From positions 5,971-69,970 of the forward strand of contig DATHVR010000151.1 in NCBI GenBank assembly GCA_035461175.1: DNA of 64,000 nucleotides. The letters run 5' to 3'. The notes beneath the pieces are model-generated. The model saw only the letters and a list, made by a program, of their open reading frames with translations. It did no database searches and had not been told where the DNA came from. Below are positions 36,033 to 46,650 of the stretch, piece by piece (the stretch's first letter is position 1; each line of letters opens with the position of its first letter). Made by a program: the position numbers and the translations under genes. The stretch is from Acidimicrobiia bacterium (lineage in GTDB: Bacteria > Actinomycetota > Acidimicrobiia > Spongiisociales > ZC4RG35).

Positions 36033-37115
36033 ATGGTCGAACTCGGGCACGCCGCAAAGGCAATGGTGCTCGTCGAGCCCCGCCAGCTTGCCGCCACCAA
36101 GATCCCATCCCAGCCGGTGGCGGCGGGTGGTTGGCTCGCCGTAGAAGCTACGGCGATATCGGGGGCCGACGTCCAGGCCTGGCACGGCGAGAGACGTGAA
36201 GTGCAATACCCCCTCATCCCCGGCCACCAGGTGGTGGGACGGATCGCCATCGCCGACGACACCATCCCCTACGAGATCGGCACCCGGGTGGTACTGGAGC
36301 CGGTGATCCGGTGCGGACAATGCAACCGCTGCAAGCTCGGCCTGGCCACCTGCCAGATGCGCAAGCCTTCCAACACCTACGGTCTCATCCCCTCCACCGA
36401 GCCCCCGGCGCTGTGGGGGGGAATGGCCGAGTACCTCTACATCGATCCCCACGCCACGATCCACCCCGTCACCGACGACGTCCCGGCCGAGGTCGCCACC
36501 TCGGTCCATTCTCTCGCCACCGGCCACACCTGGGCGGTGCAACTGCCCGACCTGCGTGCGGGCGACAGGGTGCTGATCCTGGGTCCGGGACCGCGGGGGC
36601 TGGCCTGTGTGCTCGCTGCCAAGGCGGCGGGAGCGTTCTGGGTGGGGATCACCGGGCTCTCTCACGACCGGGACCGCCTCGACCTCGCCCTCCGCCTCGG
36701 CGCCGACATGGCCCTCGACATCGAACGCCATCCCGACCTGGCCAGCTCCATCGCCGACTCGACCGGCTGCCGCCCCGACATCGTCGTCGACGTCACCTCG
36801 GACGATCCCGAGGCGGTGTTCACCGCGCTCGATATCGTCCGCTCCGGCGGACGAGTTGTGCTTGCCTCCACCAAGGGCAACCGGGCCCTCCACTTCTTCT
36901 CCGACGTTCTCGTCACCAAGCAGCTACTCGTCCGGGGCGCCATGGGCGCCTCCACCGAGAGCTACGCCTGGGCCACCGAGCGGATCGCCACCGACGAGCG
37001 CGTCGACGGCCTGGTATCGCATCAGTTCCCCCTCGACGAGGCCCAGCGGGCAATGCAGGCGGCGGCGGGACTGCTCGGACACGACGAGCTGATCGCGGTG
37101 GCGGTCACCTTCTGA
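36033..37115 (+). CDS. Zinc-dependent medium-chain alcohol dehydrogenase family
   Basis: Catalytic zinc ligands (GHQVVG), structural zinc CGQCNRCKLGLATC, and Rossmann motif LILGPGPRGLACVLAAKAAGA. Confidence 0.8.
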   Translation: MVELGHAAKAMVLVEPRQLAATKIPSQPVAAGGWLAVEATAISGADVQAWHGERREVQYPLIPGHQVVGRIAIADDTIPYEIGTRVVLEPVIRCGQCNRCKLGLATCQMRKPSNTYGLIPSTEPPALWGGMAEYLYIDPHATIHPVTDDVPAEVATSVHSLATGHTWAVQLPDLRAGDRVLILGPGPRGLACVLAAKAAGAFWVGITGLSHDRDRLDLALRLGADMALDIERHPDLASSIADSTGCRPDIVVDVTSDDPEAVFTALDIVRSGGRVVLASTKGNRALHFFSDVLVTKQLLVRGAMGASTESYAWATERIATDERVDGLVSHQFPLDEAQRAMQAAAGLLGHDELIAVAVTF

Positions 37116-37186
37116 CCCAGGCGGGCCCAGTAGGTTCCGGGCGCTCGATCCCGGATTCCGTCTCCCGGCGGGCCACCTGGTCATGG

Positions 37187-38368
37187 GTGGTCTACGACCT
37201 GGCCAACACGATCTTCGCCCTCGGGGTGATCGGCCTCTACTTCCCGGCCTGGCTGAGCGAAGCCGGCCTGGCCGACTCGGCCCTCTCCTTCGTCGAGGCC
37301 GGAGCCGGGATCGCAGTGGTGTTCCTGGCCCCCTGGATCGGAGCCCGCACCGATGCCGTTGGGCGGCGGGTCCCGGCGCTGGTCGTCACCACCCTGGTGG
37401 CAGTGGCCGCCACGGCGACGCTGGCCTCGGGGCCGGTGTGGCTTTCGCTGGCGGCGCTGACCGTGGCTCTGATCGCCTTCAACACCGGCTCGGTGGTGTA
37501 TGACGCCCTCCTCCCACTTGTGTCGACTCCGGCCACCCGGGGCACCGTCTCGGGCCTGGGCGTGGGGGTGGGTTATCTGGGGTCCTTCGTCGGCCTCGGA
37601 ATCGGAACGGTGACCCTGGAGGTACTCGATCTGGGCTACCCGCTCACCTTTCAACTCCTGGCCGCCGGCTTCCTGCTGTTTGCTCTCCCCTCCTTCTTCT
37701 GGATCGGCGAACCCGTCCGCTCCCATCCCCGGCCCCCGGGTCTGAGCGACGTGGTCGGTCGTCTGATCCGCTCGTGGCGGCTGGCCGCCACCCTGCCGGG
37801 AATGGTCCGCTTCCTAGTGGGACGTTTCCTCTACACCGACGCCATCAACACCCTGATCGGCGGTTTTCTGGCGATCTACGCCATCCAGGAGCTGGGCCTC
37901 GATACCGCCCAGACCCGGGTGTTGCTGGCATTGGCCATCGCCGCCGCCATTCCCGGCAGCTTCGGGGCTGGCTGGGCGGTGCGCCGCTTCGGAGCCCTGC
38001 CGGTGCTGCGGGTGACGCTGGGGGCCTGGCTGGTGGCTCTGGGGGCGGGCATCCTCGCCGGGATCGACGGCAACCTGACGTTGGCGTGGGCGATCGGCCC
38101 GCTGGGCGGCGCCGCCCTGGGGGCGACATGGACCGCCGATCGGGTGCTGATGACCGACATCAGCCCTCCCGAGCATCTGGGCGAGATGTACGGCCTGTAC
38201 GCCACCGTGGGCCGCTTCGCCACCATCCTCGGCCCGCTGGTGTGGGCGGCGGTGGTGGACGGTCTCGGGCTGGATCGAACCTGGGCGCTGGGGGCGCTGG
38301 CCGCCTTCGTCGCCGCCTCCCTCGTGGTGCTGAGCCGGCTGCGGACGCCGCCTGTCGCTACCGACTAG
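37187..38368 (+). CDS. UMF1/Atg22-like MFS transporter (second paralog)
   Basis: TWSWVVYDLANTIF N-terminal motif and 12 TM helices. The start is uncertain and the WSW suggests a non-canonical start a few codons upstream. The 685-aa ORF's N-terminal part overlaps the ADH gene and is rejected. Confidence 0.6.
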   Translation: MVYDLANTIFALGVIGLYFPAWLSEAGLADSALSFVEAGAGIAVVFLAPWIGARTDAVGRRVPALVVTTLVAVAATATLASGPVWLSLAALTVALIAFNTGSVVYDALLPLVSTPATRGTVSGLGVGVGYLGSFVGLGIGTVTLEVLDLGYPLTFQLLAAGFLLFALPSFFWIGEPVRSHPRPPGLSDVVGRLIRSWRLAATLPGMVRFLVGRFLYTDAINTLIGGFLAIYAIQELGLDTAQTRVLLALAIAAAIPGSFGAGWAVRRFGALPVLRVTLGAWLVALGAGILAGIDGNLTLAWAIGPLGGAALGATWTADRVLMTDISPPEHLGEMYGLYATVGRFATILGPLVWAAVVDGLGLDRTWALGALAAFVAASLVVLSRLRTPPVATD

Positions 38369-39333
38369 AGACGGTGGTCGGGGGCGATGTAGGTGACGCG
38401 CTGCTCCACCGCATAGGGGACGGGAAGGTCAACGAGGTCGGCCCTTCCTTCCACCAGCCGCTGACCCAGCGCCACGAACCAGGTGTCGTTCGGCACCTCC
38501 CACGGCCAGCGCCGGATCCCGACCCGGGCCCCGACGATGCCTCCGACCAGTGCCCCCAGGGGACTGCCGCCCACCGTCGCCGCCTCGGACAGGATCATCT
38601 GGGGATCCCGACCGATCACCGTCCCCAGCACCAACCCCGCCAGCGCCAACCCCACCGGATCCGAACCGACGGCCGTCACCAGCTCCACCGCGGGGACACC
38701 TACCAGTTGGGAAGCCTCACGGATACGGCTCAGGGTGAGGGCGATCTGGTCCAGGTGGGCGTATCGAAGTGGTTCCTCCTCTACCAGCCTCGCCGCCCGG
38801 GCCGCCACATCCGTCACCGCCATCAGCATGTCACGGCCGTTCTGGGCGAAGCAGGCCGCCGCCACCGCTCCCGCCGCCGCCGCCGCCATCACGGCTGTGG
38901 GGCCGTCGAGGTGGGTGACCCGGGCCGACTGCAACGCAGCCTCGATCAGATCCTCGGGACGACGCCGGTACCACATCCCGATCGGGGTCACCCGGACGAC
39001 CGGATCCAATCCCGGTTCGGAGCGGTACTCGGGCTCGCCGCCGTGGGCCGAGTCGAGCCAGGCCCGCAACGCATCCGAGGGTCGGCGGAGTACGCTCGGA
39101 TCGCGGGAATCGCCGTCCATGTCGACCAGTTCGGAGAGCATGAGCTCGCGTTCGAACGACCCGTGCCGGAGCAGGTGGTAGGCAACGACCAGCGACTGCT
39201 GGGTGGAGGCGGCATAACCGCCCTCGAAGTCGCCGCCGGCGGCATCGCCGACGGCCACCCCCAGCATCGCACCTGCCCCCTCATTGACGGGTAGGGAGAA
39301 GCGTGTACCGGCTTCTTCCGACATCGGCGCCAC
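38365..39333 (-). CDS. ADP-ribosylglycohydrolase family protein
   Basis: GAMLGVAVGDAAGGDFEG N-terminal signature with C-terminal Asp/Thr metal-binding regions. Confidence 0.65.
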   Translation of the reverse strand: MAPMSEEAGTRFSLPVNEGAGAMLGVAVGDAAGGDFEGGYAASTQQSLVVAYHLLRHGSFERELMLSELVDMDGDSRDPSVLRRPSDALRAWLDSAHGGEPEYRSEPGLDPVVRVTPIGMWYRRRPEDLIEAALQSARVTHLDGPTAVMAAAAAGAVAAACFAQNGRDMLMAVTDVAARAARLVEEEPLRYAHLDQIALTLSRIREASQLVGVPAVELVTAVGSDPVGLALAGLVLGTVIGRDPQMILSEAATVGGSPLGALVGGIVGARVGIRRWPWEVPNDTWFVALGQRLVEGRADLVDLPVPYAVEQRVTYIAPDHRL

Positions 39334-39402
39334 GGTAACCCGACCCGAAATCCGTTCCAGGGGTCGTCCGACCTACGCTCTGCGCCAACCTCCAGGAGGA
39401 AC

Positions 39403-40341
39403 ATGGCCCGGCTGATGCTGATCGCCAACCCGGCGGCCTCGCAGTTCACCGGCGGCGACCACCGCCAGATCGTCCGCCTGCTGTCGCGCGAGCATCTGGT
39501 GGAGGCGGTGTGGCCCAACTCGGCCGCCGACGCCCGGGTCATCGCCGCCGACGCCGTCACGGCCGGATTCGACGGCGTGGTGGCGATGGGCGGGGACGGG
39601 ATCGTGCACCAGGTGGCGCAATCGCTGGTCGGAACGGAGGTGTTCCTCGGTGTGCTTCCCGCCGGGACGACCAACGTGTTCGCTCGCCAGATCGGCCTCC
39701 CCAACCGGGCCACCCGGGCCGCCCGCCTCCTCGCCACCGCGCCCGAACTGGTCCACCGACCGGTGGTCACGGTCGAGGGCGTCGATCCCGATGGCGGCAC
39801 CAGCCTCCATCATGCCGTTTTCGCCGTGGGGGCAGGGGTGGACGCCGACATCGTCGCCGCCGCCGAGACCGAGCCCTATCGCAAGTACCGCTTCGGCGCC
39901 TTTCACTACGCCCGCACCGCCATCTCACTCCTGTGGCGTGACATCCGGCGTCGCCGCCCCGAGATCACCCTCAGGACCACCGATGGCCGCTGGGCGGGCG
40001 CCATCGGGGTGATGGCACAGTTCCATCCTGCCTTTACCTACTTCGGGCGACGACCGCTGCGCCTCGAGCCCGGGGCCCCTGAGCCGATGACCCTGATGGT
40101 GATGGAACGCCTGCCCATGCGCCGTCTCCCCTCTCTCCTCGGCCACCTCTTCGTCGGAGCCTCGCTTGACGGCGTGAAGGGGCTTCAAGTCTGGGACCGG
40201 GTGGAGGAGTTCACTTTGACGGCTCCGGTTCCTTTCCGAATGGAGGCCGACGGCGAACTGGTCGGACCGTTCTCGGCGACCACCGTGCGCTTCAGACCCG
40301 AGGCCCTCTGGGTGGCAGGTCCTCCCGCCGAGTCAGCCTGA
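39403..40341 (+). CDS. Diacylglycerol kinase catalytic domain lipid kinase (YegS/DagK family)
   Basis: Motifs MLIANPAAS, VVAMGGDGIVHQV and LGVLPAGTTNVFAR. Confidence 0.8.
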   Translation: MARLMLIANPAASQFTGGDHRQIVRLLSREHLVEAVWPNSAADARVIAADAVTAGFDGVVAMGGDGIVHQVAQSLVGTEVFLGVLPAGTTNVFARQIGLPNRATRAARLLATAPELVHRPVVTVEGVDPDGGTSLHHAVFAVGAGVDADIVAAAETEPYRKYRFGAFHYARTAISLLWRDIRRRRPEITLRTTDGRWAGAIGVMAQFHPAFTYFGRRPLRLEPGAPEPMTLMVMERLPMRRLPSLLGHLFVGASLDGVKGLQVWDRVEEFTLTAPVPFRMEADGELVGPFSATTVRFRPEALWVAGPPAESA

Positions 40342-41739
40342 GCCCAGCCGCCGCTCCAGTTCGGCCAGGGCCAGATTGAGCTCGGTGGCCGCCGCCGTCA
40401 CCCCGGCCCGCCGGCGCAGCACGCCGCGCAGGCGCCGTCCGAGTTGAGCGTCGATCTGGCGAGAAATGGGATCGACGAGCTCTCGCCGGTATTCGGCCAC
40501 GAGGCGTTCTCTGACCCGGGCACGATGAGTCGACGTCCAGGAGCCGACTCCGACCCAGATCGCCAGGGCGACGACCGCCACCACCGCCGGCCACAGCAAC
40601 TCGCCGCCCGACCGCAACCGATCGAATCCCCAGAACAGCCCCGCCACCATCACCACCAGGGCAGCCCAGCGGAGCGGGGAGACCCACGCCGGCGCCGGCG
40701 GTGGCTCCGGCAGCCGGTAGGCGCCCGATGCCTCGTAAGCGACCTCGACCGCCGATCCGACCTCGGCTGACCCCACCTCTTCGCGGAGGGAAACACCGGC
40801 ACCTCCCCCTACCTCGTCGGCCAGGTCGGCCAGGAACCGGCTCAGGTGAGCCTCACACCCGCGCCGGTCCCCTATGGCGAGACGCTCGGCTGCAACCAGG
40901 CGGGCCTCGTCCCAGCGGGGTCCGAATCCGACCCCTCCGGACAGGTCGGGAGCGGCCGACAACTGCCGGGCCGCTTCGCCCAGGTCGGTGGCGAGCTTCT
41001 CGTACACCGTCTGTTTGACGTCGACGGTCTTTTCAAGCGTCCCGATCAGCTCCTCGATGCCGATCGGGGGCCCGGCCGTGGGGTCGGCGGCCACGGTCAC
41101 TATGAGGGGCTCGGGTATGCCGTCGGCGATGAGCGAATCACGCAGGTCGGTCACCATTGTGTCGATCGTGTCCTGGTCGAGGCGATCGATCTGGTTGAGG
41201 ACGAATACGAACTGACGGTGGTAGGCGGCCAGACGACGCACGTAGCCCTCGTGGAGCAGGCGATCCTGGTACTTCTCGGGGTCGATCACCCACAGCACCA
41301 GGTCCACCCGGGGCAGCAACTGCTCGACCGTGTGCCGGTGATCGACGACGACCGAGTCGGTGTCGGGCAGGTCGAGGAGGGCCAGCCACGGGTGGAGGTC
41401 CTGTCCCACCCGGTTCTCGACGCCGAGGTCATCGAGCAGCCGTACCAGTCCTGGTTCAGGGTTGGCGGGGATCCAGGCCACCGGAATGCCGGTGGTGGGA
41501 CGCATCCCACCCGACTCCGTCACCACCTCTCCTGCCAGCGCGTTGATCAGGCTGGACTTTCCCGATCCCGTGCCCCCCGCCACCGCCGCCACCAGGGTGT
41601 CCCCGAGGTATCCGGCCCGATCCCGCACCGACCGCACGGTGTGGGCGACCGGATCGAGCGTGGCGGGGTCGACCAGGCCGTCGGCGGCGGCGATGACCCG
41701 GTCGAAGGCGTCGAGTGCCGCCTGCAGGTCACCCCGCAT
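40333..41739 (-). CDS. Dynamin-like/HSR1-type GTPase, paired, with C-terminal TM hairpin
   Basis: G1 GGTGSGKSSLINAL, G3 DLPDTD, G4 NQID, a long helical stalk, and two TM helices near the C-terminus. ATG at 41737-41739 overlaps the upstream GTPase stop by 11 nt. Confidence 0.7.
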   Translation of the reverse strand: MRGDLQAALDAFDRVIAAADGLVDPATLDPVAHTVRSVRDRAGYLGDTLVAAVAGGTGSGKSSLINALAGEVVTESGGMRPTTGIPVAWIPANPEPGLVRLLDDLGVENRVGQDLHPWLALLDLPDTDSVVVDHRHTVEQLLPRVDLVLWVIDPEKYQDRLLHEGYVRRLAAYHRQFVFVLNQIDRLDQDTIDTMVTDLRDSLIADGIPEPLIVTVAADPTAGPPIGIEELIGTLEKTVDVKQTVYEKLATDLGEAARQLSAAPDLSGGVGFGPRWDEARLVAAERLAIGDRRGCEAHLSRFLADLADEVGGGAGVSLREEVGSAEVGSAVEVAYEASGAYRLPEPPPAPAWVSPLRWAALVVMVAGLFWGFDRLRSGGELLWPAVVAVVALAIWVGVGSWTSTHRARVRERLVAEYRRELVDPISRQIDAQLGRRLRGVLRRRAGVTAAATELNLALAELERRLGSG

Positions 41740-43393
41740 GGAAACGCTCCGACTCCATCTCCACAGCCGCCGCCGCCTCCCGGATGATCCCGGCCATCTC
41801 CACCGGATCGGTGGCGGCCCGGAGGACGTGGCGGAAACGATCCGCCTCGATCCCAAAGGCGCGTTCCAGCGACTCGAGCAGGCCGGCCTGGGCGGATCCC
41901 GACAGCGAGCGGGCCGCCGCCCGGCCCAGGACGTGCTCGAGAATTCCCTGCTGGGCCGCCGCCGCCCCCGCCGCCACTCCCATCTCTGCTCCGGTCAACC
42001 CTCCGGTGGCGGCGAAGACGGCGAGGATCGTCCCAATCGCGGCGGCGTTGACTCCGGTCGAAGCGACCCGGGCCGCTCGAAAACGACCGGGAGCTTCCTC
42101 TTCCACCATCCGGGTGAGACCGGCCAGCCACTCGTCCACCAGCACCGCGACCTCCTCCCGGGCCTCCTCCGAGGCGGCTCGCAGGTCGGGGGTGACCAGC
42201 GAACTCCCGATCTCGTCGACATCCCAGGCGGTGGCCACGGCCCGGGCGGCCCGATCGAGGCGGGTCGACACGGCATCCACCAGTTCGCGCCGGGCCTCCT
42301 GCTCCAGAGCATCCACCACCGCCGCCGGTTGACCGGTGAGGCGATCGGCAACGTCGCGCAGCCACGAGGCCGACCCCTTCACCCAGCGTGCCACCTCGCC
42401 CGTCCCCACCCGTTCGCTCCAGCGCTCTACCACCTCGGTGCGGATCAGCGTCCCTCGCTCCAGTTCGCCGGTCAGCTCGGCCATCGCGTCGGCGTATGAC
42501 CCCTCCACCACCGCCTCCAGCCGGCGCCGTTCCTCCTCCTGATCCTCCACGGCGGAGGCCACCTCTCCGGCGGCCTTCACCGTGTAGGCGGTGGCCCGCT
42601 CGGTGACCGCGGCGAGGACGCCGGCACGATCACGGGCGATGAGCCGGAGGCGCTCGGCCAGCTTCGATACGGCCCGGGCGGGAAGGATGGCGGCCTCGCC
42701 CCGTACCCGTTGCTCCTGGATCGTGTAGACCTCGTCGAAGGCGAGATCGCGGCGACGCAGGAGGGCGGAGTAGTCCGACACGGCTCCCGATGAACGCCGA
42801 CTGAGGCGGTTGAGAACGTAGAGGACCACGCTGCCGCGCCGGTCGATCGCCGACAGCACCTCCCAGGGCACGGCGTCCGCATAGCGCTGAGCCGAAGTGA
42901 GAAAAACCACCACGTCGGCGTGGCTGAGGATCTCCTGGGTGACCAACCGGTGGTCGACCACGTAGGAGTCGATGTCGGGTGTGTCGACGATCGTGATGTC
43001 AGACAGCAGCGGGTGGGTGTCGGTGACCACCTTCGCCGCCACGGAACCGATCTGCTCGTAGCGTTGGGAGTGGTCGGGATGAGCCCACACCACCGGCTGT
43101 CGTGTGGTGGGCCGCAGCGGCCCCGGTCGGGACACCTCCCGTTCGGCGAGCGAGTTGACCACCGTCGACTTGCCGGAGCCGGTCGGCCCAGCCACCACCA
43201 CCAGCAGGGGCGCCTCCGGATCGCCCAGACGCGGAATCAGATAGCTACGGACCACTCCCACGAGTTCGTCGCGGTGGCTCCTGCGGCTCTCCTGCCGGGA
43301 GGACTGGAGCCCGAAGCCGACGGCGCCGACCTCGTCGCCCAGGCGATCGAGGTCGGCGCGGAGCCGCGCGGCGCGTGCGATTGGCGGTGGCAT
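41729..43393 (-). CDS. Dynamin-like/HSR1-type GTPase, paired
   Basis: From MPPPIARAARL... onward. G1 AGPTGSGKSTVVNSL, G3 DTPDID, G4 LNRL, and a long coiled-coil stalk. The upstream ORF extension is judged non-coding. Confidence 0.7.
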   Translation of the reverse strand: MPPPIARAARLRADLDRLGDEVGAVGFGLQSSRQESRRSHRDELVGVVRSYLIPRLGDPEAPLLVVVAGPTGSGKSTVVNSLAEREVSRPGPLRPTTRQPVVWAHPDHSQRYEQIGSVAAKVVTDTHPLLSDITIVDTPDIDSYVVDHRLVTQEILSHADVVVFLTSAQRYADAVPWEVLSAIDRRGSVVLYVLNRLSRRSSGAVSDYSALLRRRDLAFDEVYTIQEQRVRGEAAILPARAVSKLAERLRLIARDRAGVLAAVTERATAYTVKAAGEVASAVEDQEEERRRLEAVVEGSYADAMAELTGELERGTLIRTEVVERWSERVGTGEVARWVKGSASWLRDVADRLTGQPAAVVDALEQEARRELVDAVSTRLDRAARAVATAWDVDEIGSSLVTPDLRAASEEAREEVAVLVDEWLAGLTRMVEEEAPGRFRAARVASTGVNAAAIGTILAVFAATGGLTGAEMGVAAGAAAAQQGILEHVLGRAAARSLSGSAQAGLLESLERAFGIEADRFRHVLRAATDPVEMAGIIREAAAAVEMESERFHAG

Positions 43394-43538
43394 GTGCCAA
43401 TTGTGGCATCGGCCCGGTGGCTGGAGGAACCGTTCTCCGGCGTGGGCAACCCAGGGCCGGCGACAGCGCTTTCCGCGGTGAGCAACCCAGGCTTGGCGAC
43501 AGCGCTTTCCGCGGTCCCCGGCGGCAAGCTCCGCCGGC

Positions 43539-44722
43539 TCAGATGATCCGGCCGGGGTGCTCGTGAAGGGGCACGCCGGCGATGATCCGCTCCGGACCAA
43601 GCCGGGAAAGGTCGAGAAACGGCTCGCGTCCCGTGATCGACTCGGCCAGATAGCGGCCGACCGCGTGGCACTGCTGGTATCCATGGCCGCTGAATCCGGT
43701 GGCCTGGTACAGGCCCGCGATTGTCGGCCACTCCCCCACGATCGCATTCGAGTCGAGCAGGTTCTGGGCGTAGAGACCTGCCCACGAGCGGACCACCTCG
43801 AGACGGTCGAAGGCCGGGAAGTTGTCGACTAGTTCCGGCCACACGACCTCGTAGAAGCGGGATCGGTCGGCCGGGGTGAAATCGAAACCGACGGGATCGT
43901 CGGGCAGCGACCAGGCGATGAGGTAGGTGCCCGGGTGCTCGGGGATGACATAGACCCCCGAAGGGGCGAAGGCGCTGGGGAGCAGGGTGTCGGCGCCGAC
44001 GTCGGTGGCCACCACGTACACCGTGCGCATGATGGGAACGACGGGAATCTCGACCCCGGCCGTGGCCAGCAGTTCGGTCGACCAGGCGCCCGCGCACACC
44101 ACCACCGCCCCGGCCACGATCTCCTCTCCCCCAGCGGTCTCGACACCCCGGACCCGATCCCCGTCGACGAGCAGGCGAACGACCTCGGCGCTCTCGAACT
44201 GCGCCCCCCGGCTCTCGGCGGCGCGGCGGTAGCCGTTGGTGACCGCCGTGGGATCGACCGAACCGTCCTCCGGCCCGAACGTGCCGCCGACGAAGCGTTC
44301 GGCGGCGAAAGGGGCGAAGCGGTTGCGAATCTGGTCGATGTCCAGCCATTCGACGTTGCAGCCCAGACGGCGCTGGTGCTCGAGGCCGTCACGGGCGGCG
44401 GCCTCGTTGTCCGGGTCGACCATGAACAGGTTCCCCTGCTTGAGCATCGACACCTCGGGCCGGAACTCGCCTACCGCCATCCGATCGCCGAAGTCCTCCA
44501 GCACCTCCATCGCGTAGCGAGAGATGGCGATGTTCTCGTCGAGGTTGAACTGGATCCGGACATTGCCGTCGGAGAGCAGAGTCGAGGACCGGGCCAGCGT
44601 GAGGTCCCTGTCCAGGACACGGACACCCAGCGAGGGGTCGACATCGAGGAGGTGGAAGGCGGTGGAGGCCCCCATACAGGCGCCCCCCACCACGATGACG
44701 TCGGGGTGGAGACTGGTCGGCA
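43539..44722 (-). CDS. FAD-dependent oxidoreductase (DAO / glycine-sarcosine oxidase family)
   Basis: From MPTSLHPDVIVVGGACMGASTAF (dinucleotide-binding motif) onward, with C-terminal motif GFSGHGYQQ. Confidence 0.75.
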
Positions 44723-44797
44723 TAGACGGCACTCTAAGGCCTGGCCGGATACCCACCTTAGGGAACCGTGGCTCCGGGGCCGACGTCCCATCGGCAT

Positions 44798-45293
44798 GCG
44801 CCAACTCGCCATTCTCATCTCTCTCCTCTCCCTCTCGGCCTGTGGTGGTGTGCTGCCGGACACGTTCACCGCGGAGGATCTGCCCGACCCGGCGGCGTTG
44901 ACGATGGAGTGGGGATGCGGGCACGGGTTCTGGCTGGGCACCAGCGACCAGACGGCCGCCCTGCAAGTTGCCTATACCGGCGAGGGGTCACCCCCGGCCA
45001 CCGCCGACCTACCCTCGCCCGACTGGGATGTCAGGCTGATCGTCGGCAGCGACCTCTACGCCAACTGGTGCGACGACGTCATCGAGCCGGGCGAGCCCAC
45101 CCCGGTCGAGCACTGGGTTCTCCCTGTGACCGGGGGCCGGATCACCGTGCTGGGCGAAGCCCCCGAACCTTTCTCGGGAGGCGAGCTGAGATTCACCGCC
45201 GACGACCTGGTGGTGGAACTTCCCGACGGCGCGACGGCGCCCTGGGGCGATTTCTCGGGCCGCAACCCCACCTGGGGATTCTTCGCCGGCTGA
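44798..45293 (+). CDS. Hypothetical lipoprotein
   Basis: MRQLAILISLLSLSACGG lipoprotein signal; no recognisable domain. Defined within the larger 452-aa ORF. Confidence 0.5.
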
Positions 45294-45324
45294 AGATGTC
45301 ACACCCCCCGGGTACGTTGCGGGC

Positions 45325-46650
45325 ATGGACCAGCCCGACCTTCCCACCCAGCCGAATTCTCCCGACCAGGGAGCACCCCCGGCGCGTGCCGCGGCGATCT
45401 CGGTGCAGGGCGATCGGGTCAGGGTGGAGGACCTCGAGTTCGACGACCCGGTCGTGGCCGAGATCCTCTCCCGCCAGGAGGGACCGGACCGGGTCCGGGC
45501 TCTGGTTCAGATGCTCGGCGTGGGCGCCCGGGGCATGACGTCGATGGGCCTCGGCCTCGAGTTGAGCGACGTGGATCGCCGGGTCAGGGCGACGGTGGCC
45601 GATGCCCTGGAGGAGGGCCGCCGGCACATGGGGTCCACGCTGGCGGAACTGCAGGCGGCGGTGGTGGGCTCGCTCGACCCTGACCAGCGCGCCTCGGTGG
45701 TGGCCCGCTGCCTGGACCAGCTCGAGACCTTTCGCTCCGACCTGACCGCGGCGGTGGACCCCGCCCTCCGGGGCAGCCACACCGCAATCCTTCTCGACGA
45801 GATGAAGGCGATGCTCGGCCCCGGCGGAGTGCTCGAACAGCGCCTCCGCTCCGCCCTCGATCCCGAGGCGGACGCCTCGGCCCTGGCCGGCACCCTCGGG
45901 CGACTCGAAACCCGACTCGACCAACTCCACCAGCTGGTCTCCGAGGACCGGGGACGCCAGACCGAGGCCCTGCGGGGAACTGCCAAGGGTTTCGAGTACG
46001 AAGACGAGGTGGAAGATCGTCTGCGGCGCTGGGCCAAGGGGCGGGGCGCCGCCGTCGAACGCACCTCCAACTCCGCCGGCACCCGTGGCCAGGGCCTGGC
46101 GGGAGACTTCCTGGTCGAGCTCGCCGACGGCGCCCGGATCGTGATCGAGACCAAGAACACGGGCACACTCGCTCTCAACGGCACCACCGGCATTCTCTTC
46201 GAGTTGCGCCGGGCCCTCGACAACCGCCGGGCCGACGCCGGGGTGTGTCTGAGCCGGCTGCCGGCCTTCCCGGCCGAGGTGGGAGCGTTGGGGATCTACG
46301 GCGAGGTCGTGCTGGCCGTAGATGATGACGACGACACCATGCTCGAAGCGGCCCTGGCCATCGCCGCCCACCGGGCCGCCCAATCGAAGCAGGCCGCCTC
46401 GGTGGTCGACGCCCGATTGATCGCCGAACGGGTGGAGCGGGTCCGCAACCTCGCCATCCAGTTGTCCAGCAGCAAACGCGCCCTGACCGACATCTCCGGA
46501 TCGGTCGAGAAGGTCAAGCTGGGCCTCGAGACCATCCGCACCGACCTGATCGAGGCGGCGGCCGACATCCACCTGGCCCTTCGCCCCGACCCCTCCGAGA
46601 CCGGGGCCGACGTGATCGCGCTCGAACCCGGCCTGGTGCGGAGAGGCTGA
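45325..46650 (+). CDS. Hypothetical coiled-coil protein with a PD-(D/E)xK nuclease-like motif (RmuC/DUF2130-like?)
   Basis: Helical N-terminal half, then FEYEDE...GDFLVELADGARIVIETKNTG (an E...D...ExK pattern), then further helices. The plus-strand ORF is the only sensible frame here. Confidence 0.5.
   Translation: MDQPDLPTQPNSPDQGAPPARAAAISVQGDRVRVEDLEFDDPVVAEILSRQEGPDRVRALVQMLGVGARGMTSMGLGLELSDVDRRVRATVADALEEGRRHMGSTLAELQAAVVGSLDPDQRASVVARCLDQLETFRSDLTAAVDPALRGSHTAILLDEMKAMLGPGGVLEQRLRSALDPEADASALAGTLGRLETRLDQLHQLVSEDRGRQTEALRGTAKGFEYEDEVEDRLRRWAKGRGAAVERTSNSAGTRGQGLAGDFLVELADGARIVIETKNTGTLALNGTTGILFELRRALDNRRADAGVCLSRLPAFPAEVGALGIYGEVVLAVDDDDDTMLEAALAIAAHRAAQSKQAASVVDARLIAERVERVRNLAIQLSSSKRALTDISGSVEKVKLGLETIRTDLIEAAADIHLALRPDPSETGADVIALEPGLVRRG

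Noticed and set aside
36311-37186. N-terminal ~290 codons of the 685-aa ORF overlapping the alcohol dehydrogenase
   Set aside because: A different frame of the ADH gene, and Arg/Pro-rich. The real MFS gene begins after the ADH stop.
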